64,000 bases of DNA from Eledone cirrhosa (Eukaryota). The notes beneath the pieces are model-generated. The model did no database searches and was not told where the DNA came from. It saw only the letters and a list, made by a program, of their open reading frames with translations. Of this stretch, positions 38,858-51,648 are shown one piece after another. The DNA lies in NCBI GenBank assembly GCA_964016885.1, contig OZ024740.1, positions 163,246,001 to 163,310,000 on the forward strand, written 5' to 3'. The stretch's first letter is position 1. Every line of letters starts with the position of its first letter. Made by a program: the position numbers and the translations under genes.

Positions 38858-39084
38858 ATTGAAAGTCTCTGGATTTCGCAAAATACATAATATTTTTTAT
38901 TGGAGAAGGTAAGATATTTTTCCGCAAAAATTTGATTGCACTGTTTTGTTTCCACTTATGTATTTTTCGAAAATGTTATTTATTCATTATAAAAATTAAC
39001 TGATAGCATTCTAATTGTAGGTGGGCCCCCTTCATCTCCTGGCAACCAATATTTTAGACCCAGTCCACCACTGCATACACACAC

Positions 39085-39153
<69 letters not shown>

Positions 39154-39307
39154 TCTTCCAGTTTCATTTCACATTATATACATGTCTGTGTATATTTTAA
39201 TTATATAAAAATTATTTCTTAGTGAACATGATTTTTAAAAAGTATTTTGAAGTAAACGTGACCCAACGCCGTTTGAAACAACAGGTCACGGATGGTCTAG
39301 TTAAAAA

Positions 39308-39499
39308 ATAATAATTGTTTCTACTTTTGGCACAAGGCCAGCAATTACCTAGTGTATTACTGGTACTTTATTTTATCGACCCCATAAGGATGAAAGGAAA
39401 AGTTAACCTCGGCGGGATTTGAACTCAGAATGGCAAGGGCCGTAACTCTATGCGTCAAAGCATGGCGTCCGAGCCTCTACCGATACTTCCAATCCACCA
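39308..39499 (-). mobile_element. SINE family A, full length
   Basis: Reverse complement of GGTGGATTGG..GGTAGAG..GAGTTCAAATCCCGCCGAGG..AGAAACAATTATT. Confidence 0.9.
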
Positions 39500-40499
39500 G
39501 AAGATTGGAAGATGTCCCTAATGTTTCCAGTACTCAACGAAAAGAAATTAGTTCATATATTATGAGGGGAGTAAGAAATGTTATCAAAATCCAGATGCTC
39601 TTGTAGAAAGCCGGAATCGTGCCGTCTACAACAACGGTGTAATACACAGTCGTCTACGAGGCCGACATTACATCCACACAGCAGGAAGTCTGGACTACGC
39701 TTCTTTAATTATAAGACGACCTTTAGACACCCAGACAAGTGATTGGCCACGAAGCTAACAAGCCACGTATCGTCACTCAAGGAGGCGGGCGTGAACTTCT
39801 GAGACATTCTAACCACATACCCGTAATATCGGAGCTGTGATTTCTCAATTCGAAGAAATAGCGGCTCTACCTAGAGCGACTCTCTGAACTCCGAACAACG
39901 CCCCCTTTCGAGTAATGTTACTCAAAAGTTCTTTCAGATGAACCCAGTTTCGACCACGTGTATTCGTGGTCGTATTCTTTCGGTCATTCCCAAAGAATCG
40001 GGTCATAGGTAAAAGTAAGTACAAACATCGAATTTTTCACGAGTACAGGGGTTGAACTAATAAATATTTCTCCTATTTTAAAACTAGGATGCTCTCTTAA
40101 TCGAGTCACTATACGAAATATTTCTTTCAAACCCACTTTTATATTAACCACAAGATATTTTATAGGCTGTTGATAATCTGAGTGAGAAATGTTTTAACTA
40201 AACTATTCAAGTGGTTTGATTGTTTATATATTATACTTAATATGATTAGGCTTTCTATAAACCCGTAGAGGGGTTCAGGATTAACATCAGTTAAGTTAGA
40301 ATTAAGGGTAGTAATAAACTCAAAATTCTTTTGGAGCAGGTGTATTTTTTTCCTAAGTTTTCTAGTAAACTTCAGACTATACATAGTTCGTTAGTATCAT
40401 TAGTTCCCATACTAGTATCAATATATTAAAGGAGTTTTTACTCCAGATAGAATGATCGTAATTGATAACCTTATCTCTGACCTGGGTAATATCTATAAT

Positions 40500-40662
40500 A
40501 TACTTTAGGCACAAGATTAGCAATTTTGGGAGAGGGGAAAGTCGATTAAATCGACCCAGTGCATTACTGGTGCTTTATTTTATCAACCCCGTAAGGATGA
40601 AAGGTAAAGTTAACCTCGGTAGGATTTGAACTCAGAACGTAAAGGGCCGCAACTCTCTGCCA
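40500..40662 (-). mobile_element. SINE family A, 5'-truncated long variant
   Basis: Includes the GTCGATTAAATCGAC hairpin segment absent from the 39308 and 34655 copies. Confidence 0.85.
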
Positions 40663-41254
40663 CAGCCCTTAATATCTATATTAATAAAAGAAATAGTAAA
40701 ATTAACGCTTTAGATATTCAGACGTAATAATAGAGCTTTAGTTTTAAATATTTAGAAGTTGAATTATTCAAAAGTGATTGGAACCAATCAATAACAGCTT
40801 ATGTATTGTTTCATGAATTCAAGTGCAAAGGGTCTCTAATCTTAAGAAATGTTCTTAGATAAAACATTCTTGCTAGTTGTAACAATGTTGATTTAGATAC
40901 TTATTAATTATTAATATGAAACTTCAGATTATGGTATATACAGTTCCTACAATTCCTGTTAATAGCTTCAGTATAATCATGTATGTCCAAATTGGTGATA
41001 ATTTCCTTCTTTGTATCCATAGGTTTCTTTTACTACATATGATAGTAATAACCTTCATATCCAAACAGCTGAACATGTTTTATCTATTTGGTATATATTC
41101 TTAGTATTCTCAGAGTACATATAAATATTCTATGAGTTAAGTGTTTCTTTGATACTTTTTATTTAATTCTGATTAAGAGTAATTGTTTATTCTAAACCTG
41201 ATATTTTTATTAGTGTGAAAAGTTTCTTGTTTAGTACACACTTGTTTGGTTTAA

Positions 41255-41395
41255 CATACCTGCCACCCTCTTAAAAACGTGCCCCAAAAGAGGATGAAAT
41301 GAAGCAAAATGGGGAGATTTTACATAATGAAAGCTATACCCATTTTCACAAAAACGGGGAGAAATGAGCCAAAATGGGGAGAGTTGACAGGTCTG
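41255..41395. mobile_element. MITE with CATACCTGCCA-type TIR and 7-bp TSD GGTTTAA
   Basis: GGTTTAA|CATACCTGCCACCCTCT...GAGAGTTGACAGGTCTG|GGTTTAA; internal AAAATGGGGAGA repeats. Confidence 0.75.
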
Positions 41396-43049
41396 GGTTT
41401 AATATTATTCATAGAGTTCTCATCTTGTTCCCTCAAAATATAAACCTTCCACTTTGTTTTTTTAGAGAGATGTTTAACTTTATACATGAAGCAGTTTATA
41501 TAAAACCTCCTTGAAATGTTATCAATATTCTTAGCCAAAAGTGCTTCTTATGCCTTTCAGAATTGCATTTTAAAGCTCAATATTTGTATAAACTTATAAC
41601 TTAGAGAACCTATTTAGTCAATGAGAAAATCTACAGTTCAAAAGAACTAAATGCTGTTACAGAAAATACAAGATTTATTCCACATTTTCCTACACATTTC
41701 ATATCCTTTTGGCTATCAGAAACAATCTTTAGAAAAATGTGTAGCAGGTTTATGCATTCATTATATATATTTTCTAGAAACACAGCCAACAATTATTTTT
41801 TTTAAGGAAAAAAAGTCAATAAGAAAAAAAGTCAATGAATAGCAAATTAATAGAACATTAATTGCATCAAAATTAATAGAACATTAATTGCATCAAAATG
41901 GTTATAAAATTGAGAAAGTAGTTAGAAATAATGATACAATTGAGAAATTAGTAAAAGTTTCAAACACACACACACACACACACACACACCCACACACAAT
42001 TTATATTTATGTTGTAAATTTATATTTATATTTATGTTGTAAACATGTAACCGATATATTACTTTTTGATTCATCTAAACTTGTGGCAAGTTATCATAAA
42101 AGAGCATTTATAGTAAATAAAATACTTTAGAGCTGTGACAGAATCTAGGGGGTAAAATATGTGACAGATGTAAATATAATTAGACATTTATCGGTTCACT
42201 TGAATTGATTATTTGTTTCTACTATCCAAATGAACAATGAGTGTCATCAGCTGATATTCTAAAAAAGAAGAAAAAGTCTATATCAATATGCCAGCTAAAT
42301 AATTATCCCATTGCATTTAATGTATTTCAGTTAGATTGTATGTATGTAAAGCATCATTAAGTGGGGACACAATACACAATATTGTTGCAAAATTTAAACG
42401 AAGTAATGTATTCACAATATTACAAAACTGTAGTTATGAGAATACACAGGAGGTAAAATAGATTTCATTAACATAGAAAATAGCAGTTACCTATAAGTTA
42501 ACTATAATTGATATTCATGAGTTGGAATATTTTACAACTAAACAATAATATCATTATTTCTTTAGATAAATCTGTCTTCAAGAAGATAGGAAACTTAATT
42601 TTAAAGTTATAAATAGAATTTTAAAACCCACTAGCATATATTTATATATCCAATATATATACTGGTTATTGATCACAAAATTATATAAACTGATATTTGC
42701 ATAACAAAGCTGGAGATAAGAAACTGTGAATTAAAAATATCATCATCATCATCATCTTCACCACCACCATCATCATCAATACCACCACCAACACTATCAT
42801 TTAATATCTGCTTTCCCTGCTAGCAAGGTTCGGATGGGTCACCAACAGACCAGGTCAGTATTCAAGCAGAACGATGATGATTATTATGATGATGATGAAC
42901 TATTGATTCCACAGATGGTCCTGTAGCCTGTATCTCATTTACACACATTAATGTGTTGTTTCCTTGAGCAAGACACTTTATTTCACATTGCTCCAGTTTA
43001 CTCAGCTGTAGAAATGAGATGATAGGGACTGGGGTCCATATCATTCCAC

Positions 43050-43215
43050 TGCAAAGTGGTCGTGCAGGTGCCACGGCAAAAAAGCACCCAGCACTCACTG
43101 TAAATGAGGTTGGTGTTAGGAAGGGCATCCAGCTGTAGAAATCAAGCCAGAATCAGTTCCCGTCCCACCCTTGCAAGCAGGGAAAAGCAGACATAAAATG
43201 AAATGATGATGATGA
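43050..43215 (+). mobile_element. RTE 3' tail fragment
   Basis: CACCCAGCACTCACTGTAAATGAGGTTGGTGTTAGGAAGGGCATCC..(GAT)n, as at 51760-51943. Confidence 0.85.
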
Positions 43216-43849
43216 CACATTCTCACATTCTACTGAGTGAACAGGCTGTATGGAGGTCTGCTTATGCATGTTCCCCCACTCTACTGAGTGCATGCTATTG
43301 TGACACCAACAATAGGGAGGTTATGTCTTTAACACAGCTCAAGAGTCCAGTCACATAATACACAGAATACAGGAGTATTGAATGATTCATAAAAGGATAA
43401 TGTGAGATACCAACATTAGGATGTTTCATTTTGCAAACTATTCGCCAATCATTTCATGTAAATTACGTCCACATCTCAATTGATGAAATAACAAAGTATA
43501 CCAATTATAGGTCATTCGAATGATATTTAGGGGTTGCACGCTTTCACATGTTTTTATTGAGATTTTTGGACCTGGCCAGTGATATATAGTCCTTCTGTTC
43601 CCGTTACTGAATCCAATGAAGAAACCATGCAACAGAATGAAATGAAATAAAAATAATATAATGCAATAATATTGAGGTTAAATACAAAAATACTTTTTAT
43701 GGAGGAAATTTATTAATAGAAACAGCTGCCTTTGTCCTCTGGGGGACTTGTTGAAATGATAAAAAGCAGAAAAAAGACATTACAAATACACAATAATTTG
43801 GGGGTTAAAGAGAGAAACACTTTTTATGAATTAAATTTATAACTGGAAA

Positions 43850-45300
43850 CGAATTGTTCTAGATCTCTCGACTCACATATTGTAAGCTTAAGTTGTTCTT
43901 TGATCACAAATATAGCTTTAGCCATTCAACGAGCCTGGTGGTAAATTCCTGGGACCGAGAAGGAGAACTGAGGAGATGGCCAACCTCCAAGATAGAGAAG
44001 GGAGAGCTTTATGGCTTTGACATAGTCTTCTCAGGGATGATCTCTAGAAAGCAGTACAGTCGGTAGATATTCAACCATCTCCTCATTCTTTTGCTTGTAA
44101 AAATTTTCCATGGGCTCATCATTGTCTATGATAGATTGATAATGAGACTTATCAATGGTATCTCAACATTCCTGGAACTTTTTGAACATTGGGATACTGG
44201 GATCAGATGCTGGGAAAAAGATCTCAAAGACTTTCTTCAAAACCAATTCCAGAATGTGATGGTTGCAAGTCAGCCACAAAAGGAATATTTTCAGAGCTGC
44301 TTTAATTTTAATATTAGCTCCTTGGTGCATGTTGGTGTTACTGGGGTAGTGTTGAAGGACATACGAATTATTCTATTCTCAATTTTGAGTCGTTGAATTT
44401 CCTTCAAAACAACTTCAGGGATTTGTTTTTCAGTTCCATCTCTTGCAATCAGAACACCCAAGAACATTTCTGCAATTAAAACTGCAATCCAATCTTCGAG
44501 TGTGCTGGATTGGGAAGCCGATTGTAATAATTCTCCATCCTAGTGGAGGACTAGCCAGAATTTATCTTCAAGTAGAAAAACAGATAATTAAATTTCCAGA
44601 ACCATCTTCTCACGGCAACTGGTTTTTGTTTGATGAACCGTTGAGGAGGAAACTGAGATTTCAGACAGATCATGACGAAGACTCTTTGCAATTGCGATGT
44701 AAGAAGTACTTATTTGTTATACCGATAGTTTCTTCCATTCCTATGTAGCATCAAGAGTCAGCTTTATTTGCAGTGATTTTGGGGGCAGTACTGACTCGAA
44801 GATTTCATCATCATCGTCATCATTAATAGCTGAGCTGGATGACAAACTTTCAAGAGCTACTTTCTCGGATATCTTCTTGACTTCATCTTGCTTTATATTT
44901 CTTACTTTCATATCACTAATCTTCTTTTCCTTCTTTTGAATGGCTCTCCCATGTTCTGCATCAACACCAGTCACGAATAAAGATATCCTATATTTTCACT
45001 ATGTCCCAAGGAAAGTTTTGTCTTTAGATGGGCCATCCTTTTGTACGTGAGCGTCTTGGCTTGCAATATCAAAAATTTCCTCGAGATCACCTTTCAAACT
45101 CTTTTGCTTTACAATTGCTTTATCAGTCATTCTTTTCTTCCTTGATACTCCTTATACAATTTCTTGATTGAAGTGTGGATGTTTTTTTTATCCATTTTGG
45201 TAGTAGTGTTTGCTTTTCACTACACTCCCTGGATTTTCTAGCTAGTGGTTTTATGGTGACTGAAATTGTCCCCCAACTTCGATGTGATGGTATAGAAAAC
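43850..45300 (-). pseudogene. hAT-superfamily (hATm-like) transposase relic
   Basis: LH*DGELL, MSFNTT, LLWLTCNHHILELVLKKVF and VPGIYHQAR*MAKAIFVIK match HWDGK, FDTT, CRHH and PGAxHxARWMAK motifs. Confidence 0.8.
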
Positions 45301-45559
45301 ACAAGAGCTTTTGTTGTTTGGAGGGGAGTTGACTCTCTCTAATGAAATACACTGCCAATGTGTTTCAATTAATTTTGAAAATAAGCAAACATTTATAGGA
45401 ATGTAGCTAAACCTTTTCTTTAAGTTGATGTTTGCTGTATTAAATAATAGAAGTTCTCATAAAATTATGATGGAAGATTTTAATATAAGTATGAACACTT
45501 TAAAATAAGTAGTTTTGTATCACAGAAGCAGGGACATTTCAATATCAAAAGGGCTAAGG

Positions 45560-46330
45560 TAATTTGCAATGAGATTTCGTTTAAGTGCAATACAAGGAAT
45601 AAATGCAGCGTTTGGATATTTACTTTATAATTTAGCTTGCACACCAATTGTTATTGTAGAACAGCCATTGACCAAGTAGGTTTTCTAGATTTAACACAAA
45701 TTTTGTAAACTGGTGAATGATTGCATTGGCAATCATTGATTGTTTAGTGTTTCAATGTTAAAGAATTCCTCTTGAACATCATATTTAGTTGTGCCAATAA
45801 TCATATACTAAGTGACAATTGCCTCTTCCCAGTTATGTCATTTTGAATTACACAAGAAACAATGACCACAGAATTAATATCCTTCCTTATAATTTGTTCA
45901 ATTAATTTTCAATATGGACAAAAGTATAACAGGCAATTGAAAAATTTCTAAATAGTTTTGAGGCCTCTTATCTCCTGCTTCAATGGGATTTTTGGCATTT
46001 TATTTGCGTTTTCCCCAATAATGTAATGATGTCAGGAGTACCTCTTAATATAATTACTGAAACTATTGGAAATAATGTCTTTTGAATCCCCTCTGCCGAT
46101 TCGTTCACAGCCATGATAAGCTGACAAACAATATACTTTTCTAGTTTGCTTCTAATAACCATAAAGTTTACTGTATGTATTTGAGCATATGAGCATATCT
46201 GAGTGATTTGCTTGTATATGGTACATTACACAATCCTGAAAGTTATACTTTGTAAAATGTGTGATAAAAAAGACACCTTGTAAACCACAATGAACAGGCT
46301 TTGAAAAAGAAAGGCTATATTTGCAGGATA
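45560..46330 (-). pseudogene. Second hAT transposase relic (ZMYM1/Tip100-like)
   Basis: DITGKRQLSL..VQEEFF and NGCSTITIGVQAKL*SKYPNAAFIPCIALKRNL (cf. DGA..GVQAKL...P.A.F.HC.AH.LNL). Confidence 0.65.
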
Positions 46331-46649
46331 CCCCTTTCATATGTGAAGAATAACTAAGTCATGTTGAATATTTATTAATTTTTTTTAATACCAACTTGCA
46401 CAAAACCAAGTCTGGTTCTATAAAACAAAACCACATATTTTAAAGGGTTCCTATTTGAATTAAAATCGGCCAATGCAATTTAATAACAACTTTTTTTTTA
46501 TTAAATAATGTTACAAATATCGTTGTGGGTTTGGTTCCTGGAGCAAAACTTAATTTCACAGTGCTCCAGTACACTCAACTGAAAATGAATACCAACAGCA
46601 GCAGCTGGAAATTAACCTTGTGATGGATTGGCATCCTGTTTATGCATGG

Positions 46650-47734
46650 AAATGTGCATGCCTTTAGCATGAGTGAGATGATTGGGAGGGTGAAAGGAGA
46701 AAGAGGGTTGCTTTGTCCCTCTTAGTTGCCAAAGTGACCTCTATGAGGAAAATGACACCAGTGCAGTGGTCAAGAACAGTGTGTTTGATGAAGTGCTGGT
46801 TACTGCCATGCCTAGCGACTAGCATTTCCATTTCCCTGATTTTTTAGAAGAGATGAGAAAAGACATTCACTGGAACTGATTGTGGAGCTGGAGATTGAGC
46901 AGATGTAGTAGTAGTAGTAATAGTAGCAGTATAAATGGAGTGCAAAGGTGAAGAAATACCTCTCAAAACCTATCTTCAGCTTCAGCGAGTTTCTTTGTAT
47001 CCTCAAATTCCGAACCAGCCAAAATTACTTTGATGTCCATAGGAAGGTTGGCAAGTAAAAGTGCTTTCTTGAATGTCTTAAGATCATCGTTGAGTGCTTT
47101 ATTCTCTTCAATAGTGCTGTTGGCTTTCTATCCCCTAAGCCATTAAGACTCAAAAGTTCTGCATCTTTTTGTGACTGCAACTTCCCAAAAGCTTTTAATA
47201 TTGCCTTTTTAAGGGTCACATATTTATCAGTACCCAGTAGGTTTAGAAGGATTGCTTGTAGTACTTCAGCCATTTTGACAATTAAAGATCTTATGTGGTT
47301 GTATGTTGTTTGGTCAGTTGTTTTCAAGGCTAAATAGGGATTTTACCCTAACAAACTAAACCTCTGGTGAGGATGTCCTGAATTCTGGTATTTCCACTGA
47401 TACAGCACTGATATCCATGTGCCTCACTGAATTTGAATCTTTTGCCAGAATATCACGTCGGGGTCACCAATTGTAAGATTTCACTTACACTTAACAGTGG
47501 GTAGGATAACTTGGAATATCTTTGTTTACATATGAAAATAATAAAAATAATAATAAAATGTAATAAAATATCTGTTGTAGTTTACTGGTTAGTCAGAGTA
47601 TTTCTTCATGACTTGTGTCTGCATTCATTTCATATATGTAGGAACAACAAAAAAGAAAGGAGTAAGAGCTGTTCAACTTGGAATTAAAAAGCTTAAATTG
47701 AAATGTTTTAACGAAATGAAATGGGGTGGCTACA
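46650..47734 (-). mobile_element. Truncated older CsRn1-like Gypsy relic (5' LTR, PBS, gag, start of protease)
   Basis: 18-nt Trp PBS at 47452-47469; candidate LTR 47472-47734 (TGTAAG..GGCTACA); gag LLSLNGLGDRKPTALL and QGNGNASR*. Confidence 0.8.
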
Positions 47735-48372
47735 ATGTCATATATTTTATTATATTCTTTTATTATTTTACTGGTTTCAGTCATTAGATTCTAGCCATTC
47801 TGGACCAACACCTTGTTTTAGTCAATTATAACAATCCCAGTATTTATATTTTCAAGTTTGGTACTTATTTTATTGATCTCTCTTTTGTCAAATGATCAAG
47901 TGACAGGATATAAACACACACACAGGCATAAATACACACACAAAGACATATATATCATCATCATTACCATTTAACATCTATTTTCCATGTCTCACTTATA
48001 TGGTCCAATTTTGGGTTGGTTTTTATAGCTAATGCCAACCTTTACGCCAAATACTGGCAGCATTTTATCATGACGCCACCACTACCACATTATAGGGTAG
48101 GTTGGGTGCGTTTTTATCATGATATGTACATATATACATACATATATATATATATTTCAAGGAAATAAAATATAGAACTTTCTCAACCAGATGTATTGTA
48201 TTGAGTATTTTACATTATTTGTGGTTCCATTCTGTTTTTTAACAGAATGCCATTCTAAAATATATAAATATGTGAGTGTGTATGAGAGAGAGATGTTTGG
48301 CAAGAAAATCGATAAGTAACTTGTCATATTTATTCTGCCTGAGCTGCACAAACACTCCCTTGTCACACTCAC

Positions 48373-48413
48373 CATCTGAAATGCAGTGAGCCAGAGATTG
48401 TCATATTGGAAAC
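48373..48413 (-). other. Candidate 41-nt host exon ((G)FQYDNLWLTAFQM)
   Basis: TAG| acceptor and strong ATG|GTGAGT donor in unique sequence. Confidence 0.35.
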
Positions 48414-48913
48414 CTATATAACCTATAACCAATAGCTATAACTATTGTTCACATAAGGTATTAACTGTTGTATTTCTATCAACATAATGATGGATTTGCA
48501 TAAATGTAAGAATATTTCCATAGAAGCATAACGTAGATCATCATCATCATCATCACCACCACCACCACCACCACCACCACCATCATCATCATCATGTAAT
48601 GTCCTTTCTCCTTACTAGTATAGTTTGGACATGTCACTGACCAAGCTGGCACTAAATCAGACTAACTAGGGCTGCAGCTTGCTTGTGAACATTTCTACAC
48701 TTTACAAAGTGAACTGGGTACAATTTATTGTGATACCAACACTAGGTGTCAGTTACTGAAAGGTCCTCTAAACTTTTTGGTTAGGTTGTATAAATGTTTG
48801 CCCTTCCTAACACCAATCATTTTACAGAGTATACTGGGTAGATTTTTATCATGACACCAGCAGTAGATAGAAATATATTTAAAAAATCAAGTTAACAACA
48901 AACCCAAACTATT

Positions 48914-49130
48914 GGTGGATTGGCAGTATTGGTAGAGCATCAGATACCCTGCTTCGCAGCAGAGAGTTATGGCTCATTATGTTTTGAGTTCAAATCTCGC
49001 CAAGGTTAGCTTTGCCTTTCATCCTTACGGAGTCGATAAAATAAAGCACCAGTAACATACTGGGGTCGTTTTAATCAACTTCCCTTCTCCCAAAATTGCT
49101 GGCCTTGTGCCTATAGTAGAAATCATTATT
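48914..49130 (+). mobile_element. SINE family A, full length
   Basis: Box A/B head, central domain and ATT tail. Confidence 0.9.
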
Positions 49131-49297
49131 TCTAATGCTCAAGTGTAATTTCTTAAATATACTATTAATATTTCATAACTGAAGGTCTGAGAAATGACAG
49201 AAACAGTAAAATAAATGGACTCAGTGATGTAGTGAATACGAATGTTGCTACACTTAGTTCAAAAATAAAGGTTTCTAATTCAAATCCAGTATGTCTG

Positions 49298-49830
49298 TGA
49301 AGGTGCATCGCTTAGTGGCTAGGGCATTCCGTTCACCATCATAAGGTTGTGGATTTAATTCCTAGAAGCACATTGTGTACTTAAGCAAGACACTTTATTT
49401 CCCATTGCTCCAATCCACTCAGCTGGCAAAAATGAGTTATATCTGAAATTCAAAGAGCCAGCCATGTCACACACTGTGCCATGTTGAATATCCCTATGAA
49501 CTGTATTAACCCTTTAGCATCTATATGATTCTATATTTACTATTGTATTTTCACAGAAAAAGCTTTATCTCACATAATATCGAATCTATGAGATTTTGAT
49601 ATTTATTTTGAGAACAATACATAAACGTTGGTATCAGTGGCCAGTTACGACCGGTTTGAACAGAAAGAGGTAAGAGAATTCTGGCCAGATATGGCCGGTT
49701 TAAATACTAAAGGGTTAAGGGTATGCATGTTTGTGGAATGTTCAGCTACTTGCATTTTAATTTCACAAGTAGGCCATTCCATTGTTCAATCAACTGGAAC
49801 ACTTATTGTTGGAACAAGTAGGTGTCCAAC
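49298..49830 (+). mobile_element. SINE family B split by a piggyBac MITE
   Basis: SINE sequence resumes after the duplicated TTAA (compare the uninterrupted minus copy at ~52350-52625). Confidence 0.7.
49510..49714. mobile_element. piggyBac-type MITE (family A)
   Basis: TTAA|CCCTTTAGCAT...ATACTAAAGGG|TTAA. Confidence 0.9.
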
Positions 49831-50199
49831 TCTTGCTCTTTCTCTCTCTCTCACATTCACAGATGTCATTCAGAAATCAAACTGATTTAAAACAAATTCA
49901 TCCTCATCATCACCATCATAATTGTTTAATGTTCATTTTCCATGCTAACATGGGTTAGATGAATTATCCCATTGTGAGACAGCCAGGTTGGATGAACGTA
50001 TTTTGCTCACACAAAACTGATTTTGGCTTGGATTCTATGACTGGATGCCTTTCCTAACGCCAACCGCATTTACTGTGTGTACTTGGTGCTTTTTGTCGTG
50101 ATACCTTCACAACCACTTTACAGTGTGGGCTGGGTGTTTTTTATCATGACTGCTACATGACCACTTTACAGTGTGAGCTGGGCACCTTTTGTTGTGTCA

Positions 50200-51648
50200 C
50201 TAGATAGAGGAAACTATAGAGGTATAAAGTTGATGGACCAGGTCATGAAAGTAACAGAAAGAGTTATAGCACAGCTGATTAGGGACCGGGTGAAAATAGA
50301 CGAGATGCAATTTGGGTTTGTACCAGGAAGAGGCACCACTGATGCCCTCTTCCTTGTGAGGCAATTACAGGAAAAGTACCTAGCTAAAAGTAAGCCACTC
50401 TACTTGGCATTTGTTGACCTTGAGAAAGCCTTTGACAGAGTTCCACGTGCTGTAATCTGGTGGGCTCTTAGAAAACTAGGAGTAGATGAATGGCTTGTGA
50501 AAGCGGTACAAGCTATGTATAGGGGAGCAGTCAGCAAAGTTAGGATTAGCAATGAGTATAGCGAGGAATTTAGCGTACAGGTTGGGGTCCACCAGGGCTC
50601 TGTTCTTAGCCCTCTCCTGTTCATCATAGTCCTGCAGGCAATAACGGAGGAGTTTAAGACCGGATGCCCATGGGAACTCCTGTATGCTGATGACCTCGCA
50701 CTCATAGCTGAATCTATGGTAGAACTAGAGAATAAATTCCAAACCTGGAAGCAGGGACTAGAAAGAAAGGGTCTCAAAGTCAACATGACAAAGACTAAGG
50801 TCCTTGTAAGTAGACGACAAAACAGAACCCAGATCCCCTCAGGGAAATGGCCTTGCTCAGTATGTATGAAAGGTGTAGGTAGGAACTCCATTCTCTGCCC
50901 CAAATGCAAACAATGGGTACACAAGAGATGTAGCGGGATCTCAGGAAGCTTAATTAAGAATGTAGGATTCACATGCAGCAGCTGTGCTGAGACAGCAAAC
51001 AGCAAACAGCCACAGGAAACAAGTACCACCAATCTCTGGGAGGGCCCTGTAGAAACAGTAGACAGCTTCTGCTACCTAGGTGACCGAATTAGCAACGGAG
51101 GTGGGTGTTCAGAAAGTGCAATAACTAGGGTAAGAACGGGATGGAAGAAGTTTAGGGAACTACTACCACTGCTAGCTGCAAAAGGCTTCTCCCTCAGAAT
51201 GAAAGGCAGACTGTATGATGCGTGTATCCGAACAGCGATGTTGCATGGTAGCGAGACCTGGGCGCTGAAGGTGGAAGACTTACGTAGATTAGAGAGAAAC
51301 GAAGCCTGCATGCTCCGATGGATGTGTAACAATAATATACGTGAACGACAAAGCATAAATGAATTGAGAGAGAGACTGAGCATAAGAGGAATAAAATGCT
51401 GTGTGCAGGAGAGGCGGTTGCGCTGGTATGGACATGTGATGCGTATGAAGGATGACAGCTGCATAAAAAGGTGCAGAGCACTAGAAGTTGATGGAAACCG
51501 CGGAGTGGGGAGACCCAAGATGACCTGGGATGAGGTGATAAAAGCCGACCTTACCCAATTACACCTCTCAAAGACAATGACACACGACTGTGACTTCTGG
51601 CGTCGCGCAGTAATACAGAGTACCCGACATCCCATGGGTACAAGCTGA
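50200..51648 (+). CDS. RTE reverse transcriptase (N-terminally truncated, frame intact) with embedded PHD-type finger
   Basis: NYRGIKL, QFGF, FVDLEKAFDRV, GVHQGSVLSPLLF, YADD, C4HC3 finger, YLG, RRLRWYGH. No native start codon. Confidence 0.9.
   Translation, partial: LDRGNYRGIKLMDQVMKVTERVIAQLIRDRVKIDEMQFGFVPGRGTTDALFLVRQLQEKYLAKSKPLYLAFVDLEKAFDRVPRAVIWWALRKLGVDEWLVKAVQAMYRGAVSKVRISNEYSEEFSVQVGVHQGSVLSPLLFIIVLQAITEEFKTGCPWELLYADDLALIAESMVELENKFQTWKQGLERKGLKVNMTKTKVLVSRRQNRTQIPSGKWPCSVCMKGVGRNSILCPKCKQWVHKRCSGISGSLIKNVGFTCSSCAETANSKQPQETSTTNLWEGPVETVDSFCYLGDRISNGGGCSESAITRVRTGWKKFRELLPLLAAKGFSLRMKGRLYDACIRTAMLHGSETWALKVEDLRRLERNEACMLRWMCNNNIRERQSINELRERLSIRGIKCCVQERRLRWYGHVMRMKDDSCIKRCRALEVDGNRGVGRPKMTWDEVIKADLTQLHLSKTMTHDCDFWRRAVIQSTRHPMGTS

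Noticed and set aside
40020-41250. AT-rich, coding-looking minus-strand stretch
   Set aside because: Many stops and no recognisable motif; cannot assign a viral or transposon origin.
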